Shown: piece after piece, positions 26,114-38,100 of the stretch | Layout of the letters: every line of letters begins with the position of its first letter | Numbering within the stretch: the stretch's first letter is position 1 | Assembly: GCA_965202585.1 (NCBI GenBank) | Contig: OZ241831.1 | Coordinates: 25,978,001 to 26,042,000 of the forward strand | Reading direction: 5' to 3' | Length of the DNA stretch: 64,000 bases | DNA from: Thalia democratica | Taxonomy: Eukaryota | The notes under the pieces: model-generated | The model's database searches: none | What the model was told of the DNA's origin: nothing | The model's input: only the letters and a program-made list of their open reading frames with translations | Program-made: the position numbers and the translations under genes

Positions 26114-27752
26114 ATTAGTTTGCACTTTTGTTTCTATTTAATAACGTTTCGTAAACAATTTAACATAATGGATAAAGGTATCTAAAGTACTAACAACATA
26201 TAAAGTGAAAAGTTTTACTTCATAAATGCTATTTACAAAATCTTGTAGGAAAGCTGATAAGGATAAACTTAGCCTACGTTGATAGATAAGGTTATATGGA
26301 TAACGAAAATTAAACAACATTAAAAAAAAAAAAAAGAATTCATTCCTACAGTTTTAAAGCGACTCTTTTTAGTCAAATACTTTTTATGCAAAAATTAAAT
26401 GTTTAGCAGCAGTATTTTAATAATTTTTTTGAGAATTATATTTATTTGAAAAAAAAGAAACGTGTACACTTTTTGTTTGCTTTAGTCACAAAAATTTAGT
26501 TTTTTGAATTTCAATACGTTTCAATTTTTTAGTAAAAAACATTTCCTGAAATCTCAAGGTACTTATTTTGAAATCTAAACTAGGAAACGATAATTTTTTT
26601 TAAAGTAATCTAAATTTTTAAGAAATATAACTCTGACACTTTGACCTTTATACGTTTATTTTGAAAAATATCTAAAAACCAACTATATATTGATTGTTAG
26701 TTGAAACTTTTAAATTCTATAAAAAATGTTTATGTTCCATAATTTAGGCTTTCAAAAATAAGCAAATTTAAATAATCTTATACAAACTTACAACTTTAAA
26801 TAAATATTAATTTTAATATTACAGCTGAACTACTCGCACAATATTGTTACTTAGATGTTTACGCCGGCCTTGGCAACTACTGACTATAACGCGCTATTAT
26901 AACAATATCGTTGATAGTTACTTATGCTAAAGTTTAAAATGACTTGCTAATTAACAAAATCGATTTATCAAATGCAAATTTTACTAATCCTGTTATTCTG
27001 ATAGGTTATAAGTGTTGATTAAACCTAAGCTGCTGTTCATTGAGATAGGGTTTTAAACTATTAGATACTTAAAATTAACTAATTGTTTAATAGAAGTCGA
27101 GTCTATAAACTAAAATGTGTATTAACAATGAATAAAAGTGCAAAGAATACAACAAACTGCTAAAAAATAACACAAATCAACTACTTTGACTAAAAACGAT
27201 GGGAAATACATCAATTTTTATCAAGAATATCAATACTCAAATAAATGCAACCCATGGCTGTTAATCGCGACAAAGCTAAAAGCAATTAAAGCCTGTTTAA
27301 AGCGTAGCTTGAGTTTAAATACAAGATAGCTTTCTCGAAAAGGAGAAAATTGCAATAGCTTTACACAGCTACATACATCTTATGCCTACTTAAAAAAAAT
27401 ATTAACTAATATGTTTTGTTACCAATAATCTAGTTTCAAAAAATCATTTTCAAGTAGATATAAGATTTATGAACAAAGCATTTTTAGTTTAGTATAAAAA
27501 AGTGAAAACATACAATATAGTGACGTAACATTCATCTTTAATTTTAAGTAAAAAATAATAACATTTTATACCACTTGAATTATTTTTCTTGAGATAAAGT
27601 AACTTTTTTACGTACTAAAAGAATTTTAAAAGTAAGGTTTAAATAAAAAGGAGTACTCAAATTATTTTGGAAAAATTAAGGTACAAATTTTAATAAACAA
27701 AAATAAGTTTAAGTATACAAAAGAAATTAAAAAGTTTTTTTAGTTTGATTGT

Positions 27753-28154
27753 TTATTTGTAAAAAGGTAGTATTGTTTTGTTTATATTAATTTTAGCTTG
27801 TAGTTTATTTGTCCATTTGCTTTCTAAAAAATCTAGTTCCGTTTGATCTTCTGAGCTGTTCAAAAAAGTTATTGTAAAAGCATTTTCAAATTCTTTAAAT
27901 ATAAATGGATGATTTTTGTTATAATGAAGTTTAAGTGCAGCTCGATCGTTAACCTCATTCTTATCCATGTTTTTCCAATTATATCTATGCGAGCACCACC
28001 TTTGCGAAAAGGATGTTATCGTCTGTCCAACATAATATTCATTACATTCCATGCATTCTGCCGCATAGATCCCACAATTTTTACAATCTAATTTCTTTTT
28101 TAATTTAATTAATTTTTCGGTTTTTAATTTTAAACTATCAGTAATTTTAAACAT
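27753..28154 (-). pseudogene. GIY-YIG endonuclease domain of the Penelope-like element (open frame in the left arm, no RT)
   Basis: GIYAAECMECNEYYVGQTITSFSQRWCSHR...ELDFLESKW..KL..KIN; GIY, YVG, Arg/His and Glu motifs are all present. Confidence 0.85.
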
Positions 28155-29033
28155 TCCTTTATTACCATTTCGAACAACTTAACCCAAACACAATGATCAC
28201 ATATAAACGACCAAACACACTAGCAACGTTACTTATCAATTATAAAATAATTGCTCATCAACCTAATGCTGATAAAAGTATTTCTTACCCATGTGGGAAA
28301 TGTATGCTGTGCGATCGAAATGGTAATAAAGGAATGGTTAAAATCACTGATAGTTTAAAATTAAAAACCGGAAAATTAATTAGATTAAAAAAGAAATTAA
28401 ATTGTAAATATTTTGGGATCTATGCGGCAGAATGCATGGAATGTAATGAATATTATGTTGGACAGACGATAACATCCTTTTCGCAAAGGTGGTGCTCGCA
28501 TAGATATAATTGGAAAACATGGATAAGAATGAGGTTAACGATCGAGCTGCACTTAAACTTCATTATAACAAAAACCATCCAACTATATTTAAGAATTTTA
28601 AAATGCTTTTACAATAACTTTTTTGGACAGCTCAGAAGATCAAACGGAACTAGATTTTTTAGAAAGCAAATGGACAAATAAACTACAAGCTAAAATTAAT
28701 ATAAACAAAACAATACTACCTTTTTACAAATAAACAATCAAACTAAAAAAAATTTTTAATTTCTTTAGTATACTTAAACTTATTTTTGTTTATCAAAATT
28801 TGTACCTTAATCTTTCCAAAATAATTTGAGTACTCCTTTTTATTTTAAGTTTAACCTTACTTTTAAAATTTCTTTTAGTACGTAAAAAAGTTACTTTGTC
28901 TCAAGAAAAATAATTTAAGTGGTATAAAATGTTATTATTTTTTACTTAAAATTAAAGATGAATGTTACGTCACTATATTGTATGTTTTCACTTTTTTATA
29001 CTAAACTAAAAATGCTTTGTTCATAAATCTTAT

Positions 29034-29071
29034 ATCTACTTGAAAATGATTTTTTGAAACTAGTCGTAGAT
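29034..29071 (+). ncRNA. Minimal type I hammerhead ribozyme with U3-A8 core
   Basis: atctac TTGAAAA(29040) tgatttttt GAAAC ta GTC^gtagat. Helix I is a perfect 6 bp, helix III is the palindrome ACTAGT, and there is essentially no helix II. Confidence 0.75.
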
Positions 29072-29878
29072 TTTTTTAAGCAAAAATATTGCAGATTTCT
29101 TTTAAAAATTTTTGAAGTACAACTTCCTAAATAATTAAGTACGATCAAGAAAAAAGAAATCCAATAAAGAAAAGTATACTGTGCTGGAAAGATTTAAGGT
29201 AATTTTAAAATTTATTTGTAATCTGTTACCAATAGTCGAAAGAATTAACAACAATATTATTTGTTAAGTTGAGTTTGCAAGAAAGTAGTTGTACTGCACT
29301 ACTTAACATAGTTATCAAAAGTAGCCTTAAAGATATAAAAGTTCTTAATAAAGTTATAATAAAAACACAAGACAAAAAATTCCTATAAATTATAACGACT
29401 GTGCGAGAGCCTTATTACAATAGTTATTAGTCTTATGTTTTGCAGAATTAAAAACTTTAGATATTTTTTGGTAATTGAACATCAACATACCCAATAACAA
29501 ATGTAATTAATCAGAACTTCTGATTCAAAAGTTAATAACGCTACGATTCTCCTTATTAGCGTCAGTTATAATACTTTAAAAAAATTAGATAAAGATAAAG
29601 TAAGATGTTAAGACTAATTTATCTTATTTATAAATTGGTGATAAAAAACTCAAAAAGTTATACTAATGAAGTAAATACAAGTTTAAAAAACCTTCAAAGA
29701 CAAAAAAAATAATTACTATACTAAAATTTTCATTAGTATAACGACTAAAAAATACTTCAGTGAAGTGTATATTCACTCTTAAGTAAAATATAAACATGTG
29801 TAAAGAATTTTACTATTGTATAAAAAAACCCAAAAAATATATCGTTTATATCAGATATTTATATATCGTTCAAACTTC

Positions 29879-30180
29879 AGTTTAGTGGGTAAGGGTTAGG
29901 GCCCCTAACCCTTACCCACTAAACTTAGGGGTACAGTGACCTAACTTAGGGGTAACAGTGACAGTAAAAAATTGAGTAGTATAGATGAAAATAGATAAAT
30001 AAAAAACAAAAATAATAATAGAAAAAAATAAAAAACTGACCAAGGGTAAGGGTTAGGGGTAACAGTAAAAGTAAAAAAAAAAGAAAGAATAAGTTACTAA
30101 AAATATAAAAGGTTCAACCCTAGCAAAACTGTTTGTACAAAAGTGTCCTTTCAAGCAAAATTGTCCCTTTGTTACATTTT
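29879..30180. mobile_element. Truncated family A MITE beginning with a 47-bp fold-back palindrome
   Basis: GGGTAAGGGTTAGGGGTAACAG repeats and a degenerate gtacaaaagtgtcctttc end; 23-bp perfect arms at 29879-29925. Confidence 0.6.
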
Positions 30181-30651
30181 TGGGTAATTACCTAGCATAA
30201 TGTTGTACCAGTATTAAGCTGAAATTGTATTGAATTTGATGTTTATGCACTCAGTTTGAATAGTATTTTGAATTTTTAACAAAAAGTTTTAAAAACTCAA
30301 GGTGATTCCAGCTAGTTTGTATATATTTTTTAAAGCTCAGGCTACTTTTTAAAACTTAAATTTCAGTTTTTTCTCAATTTATTTCTAGATATTAAATTTT
30401 GCAGTTATTATTATGATATTTTTTAGTTACTCACACACTCATGACACTCAGGAAAACTTTTGGTATTTTGAAATTCTAGAAAATCTCAGGGAGACTTCGA
30501 ATAACTCAGGATATTTTGACTTTTTTAAAAACTCAGGATAACTCAGGGCAGTTTGATTTTTAAAAAATTGGTGGGCAGATTTTTTTCTAAATCTAGAATG
30601 AGATTTAGTAAATCCAATTTCAATATGTTGTTATTTTATATACTCAATTTT

Positions 30652-33484
30652 GGGTAATTTCCTAGGATGATGTTGCACCAATATTTCATTCAATTTTACA
30701 CTATGATAAGACATTTACACTTTCAATATTACACTTTTATAAGACAAGTATAGAAATAAAAAGCTCTAAATAAGAAAATAAATTTTGAAAATAGAGACCA
30801 ACGTAAGGTACGCACCCTACTAAAAGTACGCTTCCAGCTTAAAATACGCACTAATTTAAAAAAAAAATAAAAAAAAATATGTATGTAAGGTAGGCTATAA
30901 AATTATATTTACCACAAAATTTAACAAATCTCACTCTTTTATTTACATTTATGGGAGTTCTTTATGACTCTCACTCTAATTATTTACAGATGGAGATGAA
31001 GACAAGCTAAAGACCTTTTAACTACTTAATATATTTAAATATATGCAAAGCTTTATTGTGACATAAATATATAGTATTTTTTTGTTTTTGATATAATTTT
31101 TTGTTATAAGCAAACTTTAATTGTAAGATAAAAATATCCATTGTTGGTAAAAATTAGATACGTGCAGGGTTGCCACTCGGTCAGGAAATCAGGAAAAGTC
31201 AGGAAAAATTAAAAGAAATTACAAAAGTCAGGAAAAAATGGGGGGTTTTGAAAAAAAGTCAGGAAAAGTCAGGAAATTTGATAAAATTAAAAAAAAAAGT
31301 CTGATTTTGTCAGTTTAAATTTACAAAATTCCTTGTTTTCCAAAGCTAAATGGTAAAAATTAATTAAAAGTCCTTTAAAGTCGTTAAAAATTCCAAAATT
31401 TTCTTAGAAATTTACAAAAATATTTAATTTTATTTCCAATACCTTAACCTGGTATAGATTAGTAAAATATCCTTTAAAAAACTGCAAACAATTTCTATTA
31501 ACATATTGAACAAGTACCCTACTTGAACAAGCAGATTTTGTAGCTTTTTAGTATTGATGATCTGTAGCAAGGACACTTCCATAGTGAAACTGTGATATAT
31601 ACACAAAAGTTTATCTTGCATAATTTTAGAATCAAAGTGTTTTTTGTTTAAATTATTGAGTTCTTTATAACTAAGCAGTTAGTTTAGTATTTTATGTAAC
31701 AAGTTAATGTGTATACTTTACCTCTTTATAATTTTTTTCAAAGTTGTTTAAATTTATAAACTTAAGTTATAAGAGAGGTATATGCCAAGATTAAAATTAC
31801 TTATTGTTTGTATTTTTTGTAGAGTAACTTAATTTTTAAAGTAAATAAGAGTATATTTATTTGTTACAAATTTTTATACTAAATGATAAGAGGAAATATT
31901 TTAAACAACAGATATATAGTTAACTTTTTTATGTCTATTTTTTAAAGTTACTTAAGTATATTCTTTTTTAATTGATTTTTAATATAAGGATTTTATATTA
32001 AATAGTTTGGGTAGTATTTCATTAAACTAAGTGAACAATTTATATAAGTATAACTGATTTAGAAAAGTCAGGAAAATTTTGGTAAAAAGTCAGAAAATTT
32101 TTCTCAGCTTGATCAGTGGCAACCATGTACGTGCATATACTTGTATAGACAATATAAAAAAAAATGGTTTTTAAGCTAAATAAAGCAAAACTATTGTACG
32201 TGCAAAAACTTATAGCCTGTAAACAACTATTATTTTTAATTGAACGTTAAAAAAGCTTTCTAAAAGTTTGGTCTAAGAATCTGGGTGTACAAACAAACCT
32301 TTCAGTTATTAAGTCTAAAAGAATTTAATACATTTTTTTGTATTACTAAGCATAAATAACCAAAAAACAATTTAATTTTTAAGTAATTTTATTATTTTCT
32401 TTGTTTTTATTGTTATGTTGTAGTTATTTTATTTTTTAATCTATATACTGTTTATTGAACAATAGAAAATAAAGCGCTCAAAAAGTTTGGTCTAAGGACC
32501 AGGTGGCATGTGGATGAAAAATATTTTGGTTATCAAGTCAAACACTGATATTATTTTTTATTATCATTTAATTATAATACATTTATCTAGTAAACTTTTT
32601 TATGGAATATGAAATAACTAGTTATGAAAAAGTTATTATTCTAGTAATTTTTTTTTTGTTACCCCAGCTAATGTCATAAAATAAGTGTTTTAGACATAAC
32701 TTCTTATTTCTGTTTTTGATTACTTCTTTACACATTATTTCTTTATACAATTAAAATGATAGAACTTCGAAAAGCATTAGTTTATGTGTTTATCAACGAA
32801 ACAAGTTTATTTTAATTTAAAAGTTCATGACATTGATTAGGTATCATTTTCATTCATTAATAAAACAGTTTATGTATAAAGTTTGTTTATTTTAGTTGTT
32901 TAAGTTTATTTACTTAGTTTATTCACTTACAAGTGTTAGATAAGTAATTTTCATGTAGCTAGAAGGATATATTCTGTTTAAGATTTATTATTGTAGTTTT
33001 AATTTGAAATAAATACAAACTTTCATAGTGAGAATATTTTATTTATGTCACAATAAATCACATGTAGTTAAAATATCGAAATTAGATGAAAGGTCAGCAG
33101 AAGTTGCAGTAATTTATCTTTGCTCTAAACAGCTTGTCTTCATCTCTATTTGTAAATAGTTATAGTTATTCTTTATTTAATAAATATCTGTAAAACATCG
33201 CTTAGTTTAAATAATAAGTGTGCGTGCATTATTTTAAACTTTGTGTTAAATAAAATTAATTTATATACGTAAACAAAACTTAAAATTTTAAAAATATATT
33301 TAAAAATTTATTTTTATACATTATATTTTATTCTTTATTATTATACTTGTTCTTTTTATTTACCTTACGGTCTCTGTTTTCAAACTTATTTGGAGCTTTT
33401 TATTTCTATACTTGTTTTATAAAAATGAAAAATTGAAAGTTTAAAATAGTGATATTGGTACGACATCATCCTAGGAAATTACCC
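30652..33484. mobile_element. Non-autonomous TIR element (GGGTAATTTCCTAGGATGATGT ends), apparent 6-bp TSD
   Basis: About 29-bp TIRs at 30652 and 33456-33484; aatttt on both flanks. It interrupts an older ctcagg-rich repeat, and another left end lies at about 30181. Confidence 0.55.
31165..32127. mobile_element. Non-autonomous TIR element (CAGGGTTGCCAC ends), nested
   Basis: cagggttgccac ... gtggcaaccatg with subterminal gtcaggaaa repeats; flanks tacgtg/tacgtg. Confidence 0.75.
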
Positions 33485-34146
33485 AATTTTGTTCAAGAAC
33501 ATGATTTTATTGATTTTGAAATGCTAATTTAAAACACTTTTAGCCTTGCAGCTAGCTCATTACTATTCTTAGAAATAACATTGTAACTTTGGTTGAAAAT
33601 CTAAAACTAATGTTTATGATGATTATATTTATACTAAACAAAACAGTTTAGAGATATAAAAGTTTAGCTATGCATTAAAAAGTTTTAATAACTTTACAGT
33701 TTTCGTTACTTATATAGTTTAGTAACACTATACTAAACATTTATATACACTTAAGTTATTGAATAAGTTGTTTTTTATAACTTATAAGTACTTTTTTTCA
33801 CCAAAAGCAACTAAAAAATGAGTATAGACTAACTTGTCTTACTGTTACATCAGAGGTTAAAGTTTCATTTGTAGTAGATTAACCACAATAATTTTAATTC
33901 TGTTCGTTTAAAAATATTATATTTTTGTATTTTTATAGTTTAGAAATGAGCATGTGATTTAAGTAGTTTGTGCCAGAGGCAAAAAGATTTTTAAAGATTT
34001 AAAAAAAAAAAAAAACAAGCATGACCCAGGGAAGTTTAAGGTCACTCAGGGTAGTTTTTTTTTTGACTTAAAAAAGTACAACCCTAGTATTTGACCTTGA
34101 TAAAAGTAGTTTTATTCAATTTTGAAAACTTTTTTTTTTTGATTCA

Positions 34147-34460
34147 CAGGGTTGCCTTGAAACCTGAGAAAACCTGAAATTTTAAACAATTTTAACACGT
34201 TAAATAGTAGAATTTTGATTTGACTCAAATTACCTATTAGATAAATAATTTTTTTTTTGTCATCATTAACTTTTTTATATTAAAAAACACATTAAAATAG
34301 TTTTAGAGTATCTTTTTAATGTTTTTATACTATTTATCACAGTTTTGTACCTTAAACTTAACTTTGAACTAAAAATAGACCCAAAAATGTGTGCTTTTAA
34401 AAACCTGGAGGAAGTTTTGAAAACATGGAGAAAGTTTGTCAAAAACATTTGGAAACCCTG
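34147..34460. mobile_element. Short CAGGGTTGCC-type MITE
   Basis: cagggttgcc ... ggaaaccctg with aacctg(a/g)aa subrepeats; flanks gattca/acttca. Confidence 0.55.
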
Positions 34461-35165
34461 ACTTCAGGTTGTTTTGATGTAATTCAGGCTGTATTTTTTG
34501 TCTCATAGAGCCACAACTGTGTTATATGTCACAACAGTCATGTGTTGAACAATAAAATTTTTAAGGATAAAGTAATGATTCTAAATCAGTCGTTAGAGAA
34601 AATTAAGATTGAAAACTAAAAGCTGTTAAAAATTAAAATAGGGTTTTCACTAAATTTGATTTTACTGGATAATTGCAATTTTCAAAAAAAAAACAAAAAA
34701 AAAAACACTGGATTTCCTGGATAGAAAAAATTCCTGGATTCACCTTAAGTGTCTTAAAGATAATATTTTTTGTTAAGAAATGACTGAAGTTTGTAAAATA
34801 TTAAGAATTTAAGACTGAACTTTTTTTAACCACTAAAAGCAATATTTTTCAAACCAGAAATATTATTAACCATTAAACCTTTTTTTGTACAATTGTTGAA
34901 TAACAATTAAATATTTTAAGTAGGTTTAAATGTTATTAAATATATTTGAAATTTAAATTAAATATTGTTAATATATATTTAAATTTTTGATTAGTGCTAA
35001 AGTTGACTATTTTCATACAATTGTTTATACCATTCTATCTTTTATACATCATGCTCCAATCTAAAGGATTAAATAATGCTTTATTGTACTATAAAGTCAT
35101 TAATGATAGTTTTATACAAATTTACGTAAATTAAGTGTTACAACATATTTTTAGAATAATATAAA

Positions 35166-38100
35166 ATGTCTAAAGTGGAGTTTAGGTTGCCTTCTAAAAG
35201 GAGAACAATTGTTGATGATTTAGGTAATTTTGGAGGTAAATTGGTAACTCCTGGTGATGTTTGCACTGAAAGGAGCAATTATATGAGAGGACATGGTTAG
35301 TTATTTTATTCAACTTTTTAAAAGTTAGTCTGCTTAAGAGATTTGTTTTAATTTTTAATTTTAAGGTATATAAATGTCACTATAGCATCTAGATCAGGGC
35401 TAGTAGCTTTTTGTAAGAAACAAACCATATTAACTGAAAAAACTCTTTGTGGGTCACATAGAAAGGATAAAGTTTTTTGATAACCATAGTAATTTAAGTT
35501 GTACTTCATAGTTTGAAAAAAGATATAACATCAAATGTGTAATGAAATAAACGTAAAACAAGCAGAACTTTACTCATAAGCAACATAATACTATGTTTGT
35601 ATTTTTTGTAATAAAAAATATTGAACTAGCTTCTTTGAACCAAAAAATTTTGCTTGGTGATTTAAATTTGGTCAGCAGATTGCAGTTTGCAACCCTGATC
35701 TAAGTGAAGTAACATACTAAGTTTTTGAGTTAGTTTTTATTTTGCAAAGAACAATTTTCTGTAAATCTGGCCGCTCCTCATAAATACTTTCTAATCTTAG
35801 TCTTAACACAACAAATCTACATATACCAAATAGTATGACTTGGGTCAAAATACCTGAACTTACATACTAACAGTTATATTCATGTATAAAGTGTAATATT
35901 ACAATTAGCTTCCATTGTTTAAAAAATACAATAAATCATACTATTATTAAAATGTTATGCATGTGGCACAATCGTTTTTAAAGATCGGTATTTGCAAAAT
36001 AGTTTACGTTTTAGAAGCTTTATTTGAAGGTTAATAGACCAGTTCAGTAATAATGTGATTTTACTATTTATTTATTGGATGGTTGTATCCTTTTGGCAAC
36101 TAAAGTTAAATTGTTTAAGTGAGTACCTAGTTACAATATGTCTTTAAAATTGCATTACATTTTTCTACATTTTTGCTTTAGATTTTACATAATATCATTG
36201 TTGGTTTTTTTTAAATATTTCAAAGTATATATTGCTTAAAAAAGTATTGCGTTTTTTATTATAAATATTTGTAAGTTTGTATTTTTTTTATCAGATATTT
36301 TAATGCTAGTTTTTTATTAACAAAAATATAGTTACTTTTACATAGTACTGAAAAAATAATGTCATTTCATGTTTGAAAAATATTTTAGAGTTTATTTATA
36401 ACTTTAAAATTAGTATTAGAATTTCTTGCTAAATTTTGATCCAGCATTACAGCATTAGAAATTTTAGTCAATAAAACATGCGTATTTGTTGTTTATATCA
36501 AAGTTTTTGACAACAAATATGGTTTTTTAGTATTTTGTTTGAAGGAACAAACAAAAAAATATTGTGTACATATAATTTAATTTTTGATAATTAAACATAA
36601 TTATATACAAGGAAAACTTAAACAGTTTATGGAAATCTTAGTCTACTGCTTTAAATTTATATTTTAATATGATAGTTAAATTAGTTTTTCTTAGATAGTT
36701 CTCAAAAAAACAAGCTCAACTCAGAACTTTATGAATTAGTTGTCTGAAAACCAAACAAGATTAGCTCTAGTTAAATTAGATATAAATATAACTTATATCA
36801 CCATTTTATTAAGTTGTATACAAATAAAGATAATATAATTTTGTTTTTTAATTATGTTATATTTGATACATTTTGATTGACCAGGCACATATGGAACAAA
36901 AGATGAAGAGGACAAGAGAATCATTGCATCAGTTGCAGGACTTGTTGAACCAATCAACAAGCTTATATGCGTCAAACCCTTCAAATGCAGGTTTACAATT
37001 AAATTGTGAGACACAAGAGAACGAAAATAAACCAAGTGTTAAAAAAAAGAAAACGCATGTTAATGTTATGAGAAATATATTTATACTTCTTCAACAAACG
37101 GTAAAATAAGTATATTAAAACTTGATTAAATTGTTAATACCAATGTGTAACTCCCTGTGAAACTAAATAAAAATCCTCTTCATCAAATATGTGAAGTAAT
37201 AGTTTAGAAACTATTATTTAGATTATTGATAATTTTTATCAAGTTTCAACATTTTAATTTAACTTACAACCAGTCAAATTTGGTCAACAAAATTATATAA
37301 TAATAACACTTCTTTTTAACAACTTTGAAATAATTTTACATGAATTAAAATTTGAAAGTTCAAATAAAATATGTCAAACTAAAACAGTTAAAGCTCGAAT
37401 AATCAAAATTATAACAACTCTGTTGTTTTTATAGTTTAAGAATTTGATATTTTAAGTTTTGAAATTAGATTACTAAAGGTAAAATCTAAAAATAAAAATA
37501 GGAACTATTTAAACTAAGAAAATTAAAATGAAAAGTTGTTGTAATTTTTAATAAACTAGTTACCTAATGTTTCTTTTTACAAATACAAGAAATAAAAGTA
37601 AGTTGAAAACCACCGGTTAAGTTAAGATGTTACTAAAATGATCATGTAAGTATAATATATATGTTAATGATGTTATAATTTAAACTGTTGGATTTAAGTT
37701 GTTAAGTTTAAATGGTCAGAATTTTAATTATCACATTAAAGTTGTTTCGAATTCAACATCATATTTTAGAATCAGAGTTGTTGATAACTAGTTAAGATAT
37801 AGCTATTTAAAGTCATAGTTTCAGTTCTCATTTTTGAATTGAAGGTATGTGAATAGAAAGTAGTAATTGATTAACAAAAATAGTATTTGATAATAACATA
37901 GCTAAAAAGTTTCCTTATTCTAAAAATACTTTTATCAGTAGCTAAAATTTTTGAGCACAGTATATAAAAATCTATGCACGTTAAAACTTTAAACAAAACT
38001 GTTTAGTTTTTTTTGAACTTCTAAATATTTAAGATGTAATAACTTATTCTTAATTGTAAAAAAAAAAAAAGTATTTAATAATGAAATATATTAATTATTA

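Larger units (their letters stand above)
27431..29223. mobile_element. 5'-truncated Penelope-like retroelement with inverted duplication (arms 27430-28173 and 28315-29063)
   Basis: Arms of about 745 bp are near-identical reverse complements around a 141-bp spacer. The + copy encodes linker YKRPNTL..CGKCMLC plus GIYAAECMECNEYYVGQT..R..HR and is frameshifted near 28516. Flanking 14-bp direct repeat tgttaccaata(a/g)tc at 27417-27430 and 29224-29237. Confidence 0.9.

Noticed and set aside
36085-36093. GTATCCTTT U12-type donor words (also near 17107 and 55187)
   Set aside because: They are not at exon boundaries; all reconstructed introns close with ordinary GT-AG sites.
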